From Schmidtea polychroa (taxonomy: Eukaryota), in NCBI GenBank assembly GCA_044892525.1, contig CM097885.1, positions 238,082,001 through 238,146,000 of the forward strand: a DNA stretch of 64,000 bases, given 5' to 3'. How positions within the stretch are numbered: the stretch's first letter is position 1; every line of letters starts with the position of its first letter. The translations under genes were made by a program, and so were the position numbers. The notes beneath the pieces were generated by a model. That model was given only the letters and a program-made list of their open reading frames with translations. It searched no databases and was not told the origin of the DNA. Below are positions 26,826-55,214 of this stretch, in pieces.

Positions 26826-28767
26826 TACTCTGAGTTTATCCGACAATATATTTTCTCCCTCTATGGGTACTGCTTGTAAGGGTATTGGTCGTAAGGGTAC
26901 TAGTCGTAAAGGTACTGGTGTGTTTTATTTAGGTAAATTTTTGGTTATTATTTGGCATTAAATTCATTGGTAATTTTTTTTTAGAGTTGATGTTAACGGG
27001 ATTTTACTAACATTATTACTAACATTTTTTGTGAATAATTGAAATAATATTTAAAAAATTTAAGGTTTTAGTGTTAATTCTAAGACAAATTTAATTAATT
27101 TCTTGATAATTTGCTATATTTCATTGACTTGTTTTTAAATTTTAAATAAAAATTAATTTTTAATGAGGTTAATAATCAAGTGATAGGATAAATTTTGATG
27201 ATGATGACTTTGTAATGATATTGAATTTGACTAAATAATTTTTTCATATATTTTTCTAAGAATATTTACACATTGATGAACTTTAAAATATTGAAAATCT
27301 AAAGTTGAAACCAGAAAATTTTTCACGATAATGATATATTTTTTAAATCTACTTGAAAATTATTGTAAAATATACTGAAATTTAGTTTGAAAGATATATC
27401 ATGTTGTAATGGCTTTATAGTTGAATCGATGAAGAATTATGATCAATCAATGAGATATTATCATCTCTAGTTAGGTATTTGATGATACATGTGGTTAAAT
27501 ATTTATTTTAATGAATTTTGATCTTTTAGTGGACTCTTACTACATGAATTTAGCTACTAAATTATTTCAATGGAAGAATGTTTTTAACAATTAAATAAAA
27601 TTCATATTTTGAAGAATTTCCTATGGATTTTAAGAGAATTGATATATTAAAGTCGGTTGGATTTAGTGAAGGTTCGGTTAAGATGGCAATATATGATTTT
27701 TAAGGGGGTTTTTTTAAAAATGCTAGAAATATTTGGTGAGGGATCGGTTAAGGTGGAAATGTTTCGAAATCTCTATTTAAATCGACAATGTTCTTATTGG
27801 TAAAATATCAAATTTTCAAAGGAAATAGTCAGTATTTAGCTATGAATTAATAATAATTCCAGTGAACTTATATCGTTTTAGAGGTTTATTAGGTCGTGAT
27901 GAATGTTATTGCACAGTAATTTAGATTTATGTTTTAGAACAAGTTTTTATTAATTATCCACTGTTTTATTAAGTCGTTTAGGGTTAATGATCTATTTACT
28001 TGGTTTTGACAATGAAATATTTGAAATCTTTAAAATTAATTGGGATTGATATCAAAGGTTATTTCTTTAAATTATTTTATTTAAGAAGTTATTTTATTCA
28101 TTGTGAGGATATCAGTGAAGGAAATTTATGATTTTAATTAGATTTCTAGAAATTAAATCGGTTGAATATCAGTTAATCTATTGAAGGAATATTGTTATCG
28201 GGTGGATAAATGATATTTTGCTAAATTACCTTTGCTAAATATTATTTTAAATCACTAAAAATGAGAAAATTAAGCACTATTCATAAATTGATGGCACAAA
28301 ATATCCATGTTTTGGTTACTCAAACATCTTAAATTTCTCGCATAGATATATTACGTCTAATGATCATCTAATTAAATTAGAAAATAATTGTTACTTTATA
28401 ATATATATTTCTAACTAATAAGCCCCTCAATTGGATAAATGATAACCATATTTCTATTATGACTCTAATTATTTTTGCCTCAATGAATAATGACCATGTT
28501 TTTCTTATATTATTAACTATTGTAACGAACATTAGATGAATAAATTAATTTTTGCTTTAAATGACTTCAAAGTTAACCAATAAATTAGTCGCTCGACATA
28601 AGTGTAAAGTTACATATAAAATATTCACGAATTTCTGATCATCTCACTAAATTACCTAAGAATTTCTAAATGATTAATATACCTTTGCGACATGTTGAAT
28701 GTGACCAGTACCCTTGCTAGCAATACCCATAGGGGGACAGAATATTTTGTCGGATAAACTCGGAGTA
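26826..28767. mobile_element. Non-autonomous element bounded by ~70-bp inverted repeats with TA flanks
   Basis: Left tactctgagtttatccgacaatatattttctccctctatgggta... is the reverse complement of right ...tacccatagggggacagaatattttgtcggataaactcggagta; no intact ORF inside. Confidence 0.6.
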
Positions 28768-29506
28768 TATGGTTTTTATTGATATATCAAAATACTGTTA
28801 TTTATAAATTAACTAAAACATACTCAAAAATACTTTATTATTTTACTGAATGATAGCTTAAATGTTTTTAATATACCTATTTTTAAAATAAATCGACAGC
28901 TCAGACCAACAACATGTATGGATGACCACCCCTTGTTAATTTATTTCCAGTGTCACGTTCCTCAAAAATACCGTGAGTGTTTTAACAAAACTGAGCTCAA
29001 AGAAACTTTCCAGATAACAACTCACCTGAATGTTTTGAACAAAAATGAACGAAATTGAGAACAAACGATTAAATGGCGATTAACTTCTGGCCACAACCCT
29101 AAATATATAACATGAAAATTAAGATTTTAATTATTGAATTCGTTGTTTTCTGCCTGGAAATACTAACAGAATATTTTTTAATTCAAAGAATCTTCATTAT
29201 AAATTTTTGAATTTAAAAAATTAAATGAAGGATATATTAAATTTACAATACCTAATATTATAATATTATATAAAATTATACTGTATTTATTAATAAATTT
29301 AGAATACATAAAATTATAATATTATAATATTATATAAAATTATACTATATAATAATGTTAATGTTTAAATATTTTTAAATAACTAAATTTAAATTATTTA
29401 AATAAACTTTTCATATAACTTTATTTCTTTCGTTTTAGTATCCATAAAGTAAGTAAATAAAGAATATACTACAATATTTTTATTATTTTACTTAGTAATG
29501 AAGAAA

Positions 29507-29683
29507 ATGAATTATATGATTATGAAGAATATGAACCAGATAAAATGGTGAAACCCTAAAAGACTTATGTTCTGGATTTAGAGATTTCTTATTAAAACAT
29601 GAATTATATGATTATGAAGAAGATGAACCAGACAAAATGGTGAAACACTAAATGACTTATGTTCTGGATTTATAGATTTCTTA
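29507..29683. repeat. Tandem duplication, 92-bp period
   Basis: atgaattatatgattatgaagaa...gttctggattta.agatttctta occurs at 29507 and 29599. Confidence 0.85.
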
Positions 29684-30724
29684 AATGAATTAGATGATTG
29701 TGGGTGTCCTTCAACATGATTGTTTACTTATCAGACTTAAATTATGTAAACTTTCTTTCAACGAATGTCAAGAAAAATGGGAAAAACCGATGTTTTAGCA
29801 ATTAAGTAAAGTACTCGTCATATCTGAAGAATATTATTATTAATGTAAGACATGAATTAATTCTTTAAAATATATATATTATATTTAGGTATCTGTGTTT
29901 TATGGTGGGAAATGACATTGAAAAAGTATACCACAAATAACAGTTGCCTAATAGTCAGACAGAATTTAATTTGTGACGATAAAATGCTAGATAACATCTG
30001 TAAGTTAATTGCTTTTAAATCAATATAAATTTTAGCAATGATAGTTGACGCCGCATCAGAAACTAAGAAACACGTCCAATTTGCAAGATGTATTCCAAAT
30101 GGCCCGATGGAGATGATAATTTTGAGATAGATTACCAGCAGAAGAGCGAGAAAAATTTGTAAATTAAATATAATAGGGTTGGGTGGGTCCTCTTTATCCT
30201 TTAATTAATATATATTTACAAGCTGATCGTCGTGGTGCGCGGTTGTAATCCAACTAGTGGGAGGCCTCTGTAAATATATATTTGTGTTAGTGAAAACATT
30301 AATTAATTTGGTTATAGTGCCAATGACGCATGTATTTTGTAATGTATTTTTATACGTTTCGAATGTGCTGGTAGTTGACTACCCATGCTAGGCGTAATGT
30401 TCCGTACGGAGAACTATAACGCCCAGGTTCTTCTGACTCCACTTGGGGGAGGCACAGACGACCCTTGTAAACGCGAACAAATATCCACCGTGCCTTTCAG
30501 GCACAGATATTTGGTCACTGCTCATTAGGCCTGGCAATAATAATTGCATAAACTTTGCCTTGTCCTCTCTTGTCTTGATTTTTATAGTTTAAATAATTAT
30601 TAAAAATAGTATGTGTAATAAGTTTTATTTACTAACCCTAATTAATATACCCTTGCGACATGGTGAATGTGAGTAGTACCCTTGCTAGCAATACCCATAG
30701 GGGGACAGAATATCTTGTCGGATA

Positions 30725-31398
30725 GACTAGGAGTATATACACCCATGTTAAACAAGGTATGTGTATATAGAATGTATGTGTAAAATTGTAAATTATCGCT
30801 CCTTATTGAAAATTTCATGTAAAGGCAAATACAGAATGCTGCAAACATATAATAATTCTCTACCCCATAACCTAGTGTGTAAAAATTATTTTAGGTTTTT
30901 GACTAATAATAATAATAATATAATAATGATAATAATAATAATAGTAATAATAAAGTTTAATGAGTTGTATATGTGTGTAAATAATAGGTTAGTTTTTTCA
31001 CTAATATTTGCAATAATAATAATATAGATAATAATAATAATAATAACTTTTAATGGGTTGTGCGTGTGTGTAAAAATTATTTTAGGTTTTTCAATAATAT
31101 TAATAATAATAATAATTACTCTCGCCCGTGTTAATACTTTGAAAGAAAATATTGAAAATTCAAAAAATAATAATAATATTTATGCAAAGCATGTGCAATA
31201 ATTATATCTTTGTTAAATAAGTCAACTTTAGTGTCAAAATAAGTTTTTTAAAATATATTTAAATTTTAAAATACCGCAACGTAATATATTTTGTCCTACC
31301 CCTTCATTGATTTAAGTTGGTCAGAATTTAATAATAATTTTAATTTTAATAATAAATAATAATAATACTTTGAAATTGTATTTGAAAATAATTTACGA
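30725..31398. repeat. 674-bp direct repeat, copy 1 (copy 2 at 33967-34638)
   Basis: Near-identical sequence; produces duplicated spurious ORFs 30761/34003 and 30642/33791. Confidence 0.95.
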
Positions 31399-33966
31399 CA
31401 TGTGGCTTGGCACGCAGACAAAAAACTTCTGGCACTCTAAGAAATTTAAAAAAAGAAGTAGAAAAAATTCTTATTATAAAATAATTACTGCTTTTTAAAA
31501 AAAATTTGGACCCAAAATTTTAATCAACGGCTTTGAATTGAATTCTATATTTTTTTCTCTAGTTGGCTTTGCGTTATTAAATAACGCAATTAATTATTAA
31601 ATTTAGTTTATTTTGGCACTTTGATAAAAACCTATTTGCCAAAATAACGGTTATTTTGTACATACGTATATGGTTGTGTTATAATTCTTGTATATTCTTA
31701 CATCAGTTTTTAGTTTTGTTTTAACTTGTGCAGTTCAATAAAATTTGTGTTTAATTTTAAATAAAATTTATTTTTTGCTGAATTAAAATGGTACCAAAAA
31801 AACCAAAACTACAAGATATTCGTAGCTTTGTACTCTCTTGGACTGCTGATTACGGTTTTGTTAAACATGGAGATAAAAGTCGGTGCGGTCTGTGCTCTGA
31901 AATTATTGTATGTCGAACGTCTTCTATTAAGCGACATTTTGAAACCAACCATAAAGAAATTGCCGAAAAAAATATTGAAGAAAGAAAAGAACTAATTTCT
32001 CAACGATTAAAGATAGCTGAAAATCAATCGAATTCATTATCAAAATTTGTAAAAACCAACAGCAATGTTACAGAAGCTAGTTTTGAAATTTCTTATTTGA
32101 TTGCTAAGCAATCAAAACCATTTTCTGATGGAGAGTTTGTAAAAACGGTTATGTTAAAAGCGGCCGAAAGTTTGTTTCAAGATTTTAATAATAAAGAAAA
32201 GATTATTCAAAGAATTCGAGAAGTCCAGCTAAGCCGAAATTCAGTTAAAGATAGAATTTTAAAAATAAGTGCGAATATTTCTGATCAACTTTACAACGAT
32301 GTTAATAGCTGTGACTACATTTCAATTTGCCTCGATGAATCAACAGATATTAAGTCATCTGCCCGATAAGCAATCATTGACGTTATCCGAAAGATAATGA
32401 AATGCACGAAGAACTTTTAAAATTAGCAAATATCCTAGAAAGAACAAGAGGTAGTGATATTTGTGAAGTTGATTTCAATGAATTAAACAAACTTAAAATA
32501 AATATTAAAAAAATCATTTCTGTAACGACAGATGGAGCTCCTAATATGACTGGACCAGAGATAGATTTTGTTAATTTATTTCAAAACCTAGTTGGTCATC
32601 CAATAATAGGCTTTCATTGCATTATTCATCAGCAAGTTCTTTGTGCAAAATTCGGAACTAGCGATTTCAAAGAAATATCAGAACAAGTTAATAAAATCAT
32701 AAATTTTGTAGTTGCACGCGACATGCATAAAAGACAATTTAAAAAACTTTTAAATGATATGGATTGCGAATACGATACTCTCTTAATGTGCAATAGTGTA
32801 CGTTGGCTAAGTCGAGCGACATCCTTAGAACGATTTGTGAATTGCTTGGAAGAAATTCGACTTTTTTTACACGAATTCGACAGGGATCGTTTTAAAGAAT
32901 TATATGATACAGAATGGTTAACAAAATTAATGTTTTTTACCGACGTAACATTACATTTAAACGTTCTTAATAAAAAATTGCAAGGACGAGGAAAAACAAT
33001 TGAAGTTATGTTTGGATTGATAAAGGGGTTTGAAATTAAATTAGATATTTTTGCTAGAGATATCGCATCTGGAAAACATAATAATTTTCCGAAACTTAAA
33101 AGTTTTTTAAATGAATCTACAATTTTCAAAAAAACTAATTGGAATTTTAATTACGAATTTTCTAAAGTTCTTGAAACTATAAAAGAACAATTTTCAAATC
33201 GATTTAAAGATTTTAAAAGAATTGATAGGCTGTTGAAAATTGTAAATTATCCGGACTTATTCGATATACAGGATTTCGATAACAACCTTATTAATTGGAT
33301 GAAATTAGAAAATTTAGAAATGCAGACAGTAAATTTGCAATCTAATCCTATTTGGACACAAAAATTTGTGAATATGCGAAAAAATATAGAAGAATTGGAA
33401 TATCATCGATTGTCACAGGATGGAGAGTCGGAATGCCGCATTGAAAACTTGATATTGGAAGTGTGGAATAGTATGCCAGAAGCATTTGCTTCTGTAAAAA
33501 AATTAGCAATCGCAATGTTAACCATTTTCGCATCCACTTATTACTGTGAGAGTCTTTTTTCTGTACTTAATCATGTACTATCAAAGACAAGAAACAGATT
33601 AACAGAAGAAGACTCAGCAGCTTGTATTACCTTACAATCGACAACATACCATCCTGATATTAAAAACCTTGCAAGTAATATGAAGCAAAAAACTTCTAAC
33701 AAAATTTAAGAATTTTTTATTAAATTTATTATTAAACTTTATAATTTTTTTTACTATTTCTTTATATTGAATAAATATTATCACATGAACTCAAATATTG
33801 AAATTTATTTCTGTTTTCTTGTGAATAAAAAAATGAATAAAAAAATGAATAAAAAATGTATATATAGGTACATATAACAAATAAAAGTTACGAGGGCACG
33901 CGAAAAAAATTGAATTTAAATTTAGTTTATTTTGGCACTTTGATAAAAACCTATTTGCCATCCCTG
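31399..33966 (+). mobile_element. hAT (Buster/SPIN, GTF2IRD2-like) transposon lacking its left TIR
   Basis: Transposase inside; right end ...aaaacctatttgccatccctg followed by NNNTANNN target gactagga; repeated ggcac subterminal motifs. Confidence 0.9.
31788..33709 (+). pseudogene. hAT transposase (BED finger, DDE, hATC) disrupted by a stop and a 1-nt frameshift near 32367-32385
   Basis: CGLC...KRHFETNH, LDESTD, TTDGAP, HCIIH, VRWLS, STYYCESLFS; ORFs 31788-32369 and 32402-33709 join as R-(L)-A-I-I-(A)-R-Y-P-K-D-N-E-M-H-E-E-L-L. Confidence 0.92.
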
Positions 33967-34638
33967 GACTAGGAGTATATACACCCATGTTAAACAAGGT
34001 ATGTGTATATAGAATGTATGTGTAAAATTGTAAATTATCGCTCCTTATTGAAAATTTCATGTAAAGGCAAATACAGAATGCTGCAAACATATAATAATTC
34101 TCTACCCCATAACCTAGTGTGTAAAAATTATTTTAGGTTTTTGACTAATAATAATAATATAATAATGATAATAATAATAATAGTAATAATAAAGTTTAAT
34201 GAGTTGTATATGTGTGTAAATAATAGGTTAGTTTTTTCACTAATATTTGCAATAATAATAATATAGATAATAATAATAATAATAACTTTTAATGGGTTGT
34301 GCGTGTGTGTAAAAATTATTTTAGGTTTTTCAATAATATTAATAATAATAATAATTACTCCCGCGCGTGTTAATACTTTGAAAGAAAATATTGAAAATTC
34401 AAAAAATAATAATAATATTTATGCAAAGCATGTGCAATAATTATATCTTTGTTAAATAAGTCAACTTTAGTGTCAAAATAAGTTTTTTAAAATATATTTA
34501 AATTTTAAAATACCGCAACGTAATATATTTTTGTCCTACCCCTTCATTGATTTAAGTTGGTCAGAATTTAATAATAATTTTAATTTTAATAATAAATAAT
34601 AATAATACTTTGAAATTGTATTTGAAAATAATTTACGA
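33967..34638. repeat. 672-bp direct repeat, copy 2
   Basis: Matches 30725-31398 apart from a few indels and substitutions. Confidence 0.95.
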
Positions 34639-34932
34639 AATGTTGAGTGTGAGTAGTACCTTTGCGAGCAGTACATTAGTAACCTTTACCTTTGCGACCA
34701 TTACCCAATGTGTTAATAAATTTTAGTGTATATTTAAAGTATAATATTTAGAATTTCTTTGTTAAAGTTTTGTCTTGAATATTTTTAGCAGTACATTTGT
34801 GACTTTTACTTTTGTGACCTTTACTTTTGTGACCATTACCTTTGTGACCTTTACTTTTGTGACCATTAGCCATAGGGGGACAGAATATCTTGTCGGATAG
34901 ACTCGGACTATATTTAATTATAATACTTTGAA

Positions 34933-35013
<81 letters not shown>

Positions 35014-35929
35014 TATATTAATAATAATAATAATAATAACTTGTTGCATGTGTGGACACTAATAAGATTTTTTATACATTGTGTGTAATAATATGTTAAA
35101 GTTTTAGCAGTACCTTTGTGACCATTACCCTTAGAGGAACAGAATATCTTGTCTGATAGACTATATATGATAATACAAAGTATGTGCAATAATTTTATTT
35201 TGTCAACTTAACCGTCAAAATAAGTTTTTAAAATAAATTTAAAATTTTAAAATACCGCAACGTAATATATTTAAAAAGTATGATGAGTCAGGTGTGTCTT
35301 TGTTATGTAATATGTCTTTGTTATATAAAATTGAATATAAAGATGGGGATAGCTGGTTTGTAAATATGTCAATACAGGGATATAAAATAGATGAGAAAGA
35401 TGTCATATCACCGATTTGGAAATTAGATAGTGATCGAATTTCTCTAGGATTTTAATAAATGTTTAGTTTTTAATACATCTTTTAATATGTCTTTTAATAT
35501 AATTATTTACTATGAGTTAAGTATAGATGAATAATTTGTATTTTTTAAAAGTTGAAAATATGTGTGTATGTAAAAGTTGGCTGAAAAATACATTGTTTAA
35601 GGTGTTATGGTTATGAATTTGATGTAAATAATGATGTCATTTTATAGAGATTAAAATTCTATCTATATATTGTTTGAGTGAAAATATCTCAATTTGTTTA
35701 AAAAAAGATGTGTAAATTCAAAAATGGTGTACTAAAAATGAAATTTCAGAATTTTGATTACATCATAGTCTCATTTAACAGAGAATTAAATTTCAAGTAT
35801 AATGACATAAAAAATTCTTATAAAAAATTAAAATCGATGACGTAATCAACGGTTTTAAAAATTTAAAAATTGTTACATAATCGACGATTAAAACAAATTA
35901 AAATAATACGCAATCGATAATTAAAACAA

Positions 35930-36085
35930 AAATTTAAATTAAAAAAAAAAGTAGGGGGGGGTATTTTAAAAATTAAAAAATAAAATAATGGGGGGGGGTC
36001 TTTTAAAAAAAAATTTTAAAAAAAATAGGGGGGGGTATCTGGATCTAGAGTGCACATGGATCTAGAGTGCACATAACTACCTACT
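35930..36085 (-). mobile_element. Probable orphan Polinton/Maverick terminus
   Basis: Ends ...aactacctact (AGTAGGTAGTT on the minus strand); 17-bp tandem repeat tggatctagagtgcaca x2 and three G-tracts. Confidence 0.45.
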
Positions 36086-36909
36086 AATTAGTATTCATGG
36101 AACATTGGGACAGACGTTCGAGTGAGTTTGCTTCCCTATATAATCGGCCGGATCTCAATGCGCTCCAGGTTTTCTTCAATGCTTGGGTTTCCAATTGGCT
36201 CAGGCTTCCCAATAGCCCGGACTTCTTCTTATAGATTAATTAATTTTTTTGACGTTATAACTTTGCCTATGAGCCCTTTATTAAATTTTCATTATTATTT
36301 CTCAATTTTTCTATCAATTTGGCGTTCAACCATACCCATTTCCCCCGATCAATATTATTTTTCAAATTTTTTTCAAATTTTAATTAATTTTTGCACTTTT
36401 GTCATTTTGATATTTTATTGATTTTATCTATGTTTCAATTTTTTATTTTCTGCGTTTCTAGATTACCCCAACAAAAGTAACAAAACTACGTAGTGCTACA
36501 TTTTAAAATTATCATTTTTTGGAAAATGAATCGATTGAATATAGAAAAAGTATGGTGATTGCAAAGTTTTCTTTATGGTCGCGGGTCTCAAAAACACAAG
36601 CGGTGGGCCAGGCATTTAACATCATTAGTGTAAGCGATGATTACGACACAACTGACATATCGCAGGACATTCTTGTCCATATGTTATCATAATTTTGGCA
36701 CCATCGTTAGTAGTTGAAATTACATCTTTTCCGAAATTAATACTGAAAGTATTTAAATAGTTTGCTACCAATTCAACTAAAGCGGAAGCAGAACTTCAAA
36801 AGCTCACTGAACCCTTATGTGCAATGATGCGATAAATTGAGGGATTTCATGGAACCCTATGGTTCCGCGGAACACAATTTTAAGACCACAGGTCTAGATT
36901 CTAGATTTT

Positions 36910-37700
36910 AGAAAACTCCAAAAAAAGAAAAGCTTATTTGCAAAAAATGTAAAGCAGTTATATCAAATATTGATGGATGTACAGGAATGAACAAACATTT
37001 AAATATGAAACATATAAATAATATTCAAAAAAAATCACCTTGAAATATCAGAAGATGAACCTAGCAAGAAAACAGCTATAACAATTTTAGATTATATTAC
37101 CGTTACTAAAGGAAGTTTAGAGGAAATTATATCTAGGTTTACAACAGCCGGATTGTATTTCAATTAAAACAATTACCATATCTGAATTTATTCGTGAACA
37201 AAATTGTGAAATGAGGTCATGTTTTGCCGGAAAACGAGTCTAATTTAATGAAGCGTATTTACAAAGAAAAAACAGATAATGATAAATATACTTTAATGTA
37301 AATTAATTAAAAATAAAAGATTCAGTATAACTTTAGACCAGTGTCTGTCCAACCTTTTTTTCACGTGGCACACTTTTTTTAAAAAGATTTTTTCACGGCA
37401 CAGTACAATAAAAAATCAATTTTTTTTAGTTTTTTACACTAAAAAGTCAAACCCAAAATATTTCCTGATTTAAACGGTTTTATTAATAATTTTAATAATA
37501 TTTATAACTTCATAGATATCACATAAATTTATTTTTAAAAAATCTAATGAGAAGGGTGGGCCTGCTTTTCAACACAATTTGTTTTTATACGAGGCTGAAT
37601 ATTTGTGAGGCAAACTCGCATTTCTTCATCAAGTTTTCGTAACCGTTCACGCGCTTTTGATTTTATTTTTGTTAGCACAGAAAATCCTGATTCACATTGA
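36910..37700. mobile_element. Nested hAT relics
   Basis: Plus-strand BED-finger-like remnant (C..C...GCTGMNKHLNMKH) and KRFSITLD, interrupted at 37339 by another hAT end (cagtgtctgtccaacc) carrying minus-strand EKQAHPSH*. Confidence 0.5.
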
Positions 37701-38081
37701 TATGATGAACCAAATGGAAGCAAATCTTTTTTAGTATTGTTGCTTTATACAGGATACTGATCATAAAACGAAATCCAAAATGCAGACAATTCCAGATCTC
37801 CAAACGATCGTTTTTTTTAACACATTCGAATGCTTTTCGACCCTTTCTAACCATTTTCTGATAAATCCCTAATCACCTTCTGTTATTTTTTTAAAAAAAT
37901 ATTGTTTTAATTATTAAGTATAACAACAATACTTATTAAAAATTAAAACTAATCCTAGTTAAAATCATAATAGGAAAATCAATATAATAAATAAATTTTA
38001 CTAGATTTATTATTGATAACTAATTTTAAATATAGTAAAATTTTGTAATAATTATTTTAGTATTTTTTGAAATTTATTTAT

Positions 38082-53240
<15,159 letters not shown>

Positions 53241-53772
53241 AATATAAAAACGCACGAAAATTTAAATATTAATATATTATTATTACTATAGAAATGTGCA
53301 TTTAAACAATGGTAAATCATTAGAGATTAAAACTTTTAATTAAAACTTTTTATAATCTCACTATGAATTAATACTGAGAAAAAATATTAATTTTGTTTTT
53401 ATTGTCTGTAATTATTAAATTATACAACATATTATACAACAAATAATGACAAAATAAATCCTACATAATTTTGTTTAACACTGGAAACTGACTTTTTTGA
53501 TTTTCTGTGTGTTATTGATTGATCATGAATTTCTGTCCTCATGTTTGGACGTTTTTCAAACGTTGTAACTATTTTCCCAATTAAAATGAATTCTTTCTAA
53601 TGATATGTAAATAAAGTGTTGGGGTTCAACCATGCGCGTACGCAGGGGGGTTACTGGGGGTTTAACCCCCCATGATTCCAACAACAATATTAAAAACTAT
53701 AATTAATAAATATATAAGCTTAAAACAATTTATGAAATATTCCGAATGCCGATATATATATATATATATAAT

Positions 53773-55214
53773 TGTTGGGTTATAGAGTTGGTGATAATAT
53801 TTGCAAATTCAAATCTTTAATCTGGCTCCAAAGCGTGTTTATTAATTCGCAATTCAACACTCTCGAACACAATAAGCTTTATTAATATCCACACGTAATA
53901 GTACAAATTTCAATTACAACTAATTGACTATAAACCAATTTACCACACAGAGTTTATTTCGACACTACGTGAAGAATAGCCCTTTCTGTAACCACAACAA
54001 TAATCACTAGCCGTCAACTACTCAATTACAGAATATATTGATCGATTGTTCTATTTGCTTTGACCACACAATTTATATACTCCACTTTTACTTTATATTC
54101 AATTTTATAAAAGATTCTTGTCACTTCTCTTTTCACTCTGCTTTGATTCCTCTTTTTACTCTGTCGTCTCTAATTTTACTCTACTTTTGCCTCTAATTTC
54201 GTTTTGTTTTGCTCTCAACTTCGTTCTACTTTTCGTTCTATTTTTGTTTCTCAATCTGTTCCCAATCTGTTCTTTTTTCTCGTCCACCAGTTTTCTTTAT
54301 ATAGTTGTTTTGCTTGTGGCACTCCAGATAATTGAGTGTTTTCCATCTCCTACTTTCCCCGACTGTCCCATTTTTATCTCTGACAGCTTGTCAAGTTGTT
54401 TTTCCCTTTTTCCTTTCTTGTTCGACCGCCTTCTTTCATCAATTCTATTATCACCGGCAAGTAGTGTGTTTATATCCCTAACCAAAACAGCCCTCCAAAC
54501 AAAACATACCTCCAAAACCATTAAGCCGCCTAAACCATTAGAAAAACAACCTAAAACTTATACTTTTATAGTATTTTAACCCTATATTTTTGAAAACAAC
54601 CACCCTTAATACCCCTAACTGTTTTAATCTTTAAAGCCTCAAACTCAAAAGCTTCAAACTAAAAACATAAAGAGAATAGAAAAGAAAATGGTATAATGAA
54701 AAAGTTAGAGGGCTATTTTGGTTAGGGATATAAACACACTACTTGAGGCACTGTTTTGATCGTAATCAAACTCTAGAGTTGATCTTTATCAGATTATTGA
54801 TTTTAAATTATATAAAACTTAAAAAATTGAAAAAGAATAAAAAATTTTATGAAATAGTAAAACTGCTCTGAGAGGACAGTGGTATTTTTTTTTTTCACTG
54901 TCCTCTCAACAGTTTTTTTGATCCGGATCATTTTTTTATTCAACCTCTTTCGTTTATCAAATCTCTTCCAATATACAAGCTGGCCAGACTCATACATCAG
55001 AATCAATTCGATAATAGCAGCACACCTTATTATTCGCTTCTCGCTCGAATACAATTTCATCGGCGTTTTAAGCGTGCTGCTCGAAAGTACAAATGAATTC
55101 GAAAGTGAATCCGAAAGAGGTCCGAAAACAACTGAGAAATAAATGTGCACATTATAGAATCGATCCGGGGGTGTTCGAAAGACTGGTGGCGATAATTACC
55201 GGTTCGCCACCACA
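53773..55214 (-). repeat. LTR-like segment (TG...CA) abutting the Polinton genes
   Basis: Starts tgttggg right after a (TA)n run and ends ccacca-ca; minus-strand TATAAA and AATAAA motifs, strong pyrimidine skew, purine-rich tract next to the minus-strand 5' end; no TSD or partner LTR seen. Confidence 0.4.
54458..54745. repeat. 38-bp inverted repeat pair containing the Polinton-type AGTAGT terminus
   Basis: 54458-54495 caagtagtgtgtttatatccctaaccaaaacagccctc versus 54708-54745, 37/38 complementary. Confidence 0.9.

Noticed and set aside
32629..33533. Minus-strand ORFs 32629-33129 and 33348-33533
   Set aside because: Antisense shadows of the hAT transposase
30725..34638. The 674-bp direct repeats as LTRs of a retrotransposon
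   Set aside because: No TG...CA ends, PBS or PPT; the interior is a hAT DNA transposase
34650..34910. Short repeats (tacctttgtgacc) as a CRISPR-like array
   Set aside because: Degenerate tandem subterminal repeats without unique spacers, in eukaryotic DNA with no cas genes
54118..55150. ORFs 54118-54579, 54297-54521, 54803-55150 and 54879-55142 as membrane proteins
   Set aside because: Low-complexity products of pyrimidine-skewed non-coding repeat sequence, mostly with non-ATG starts
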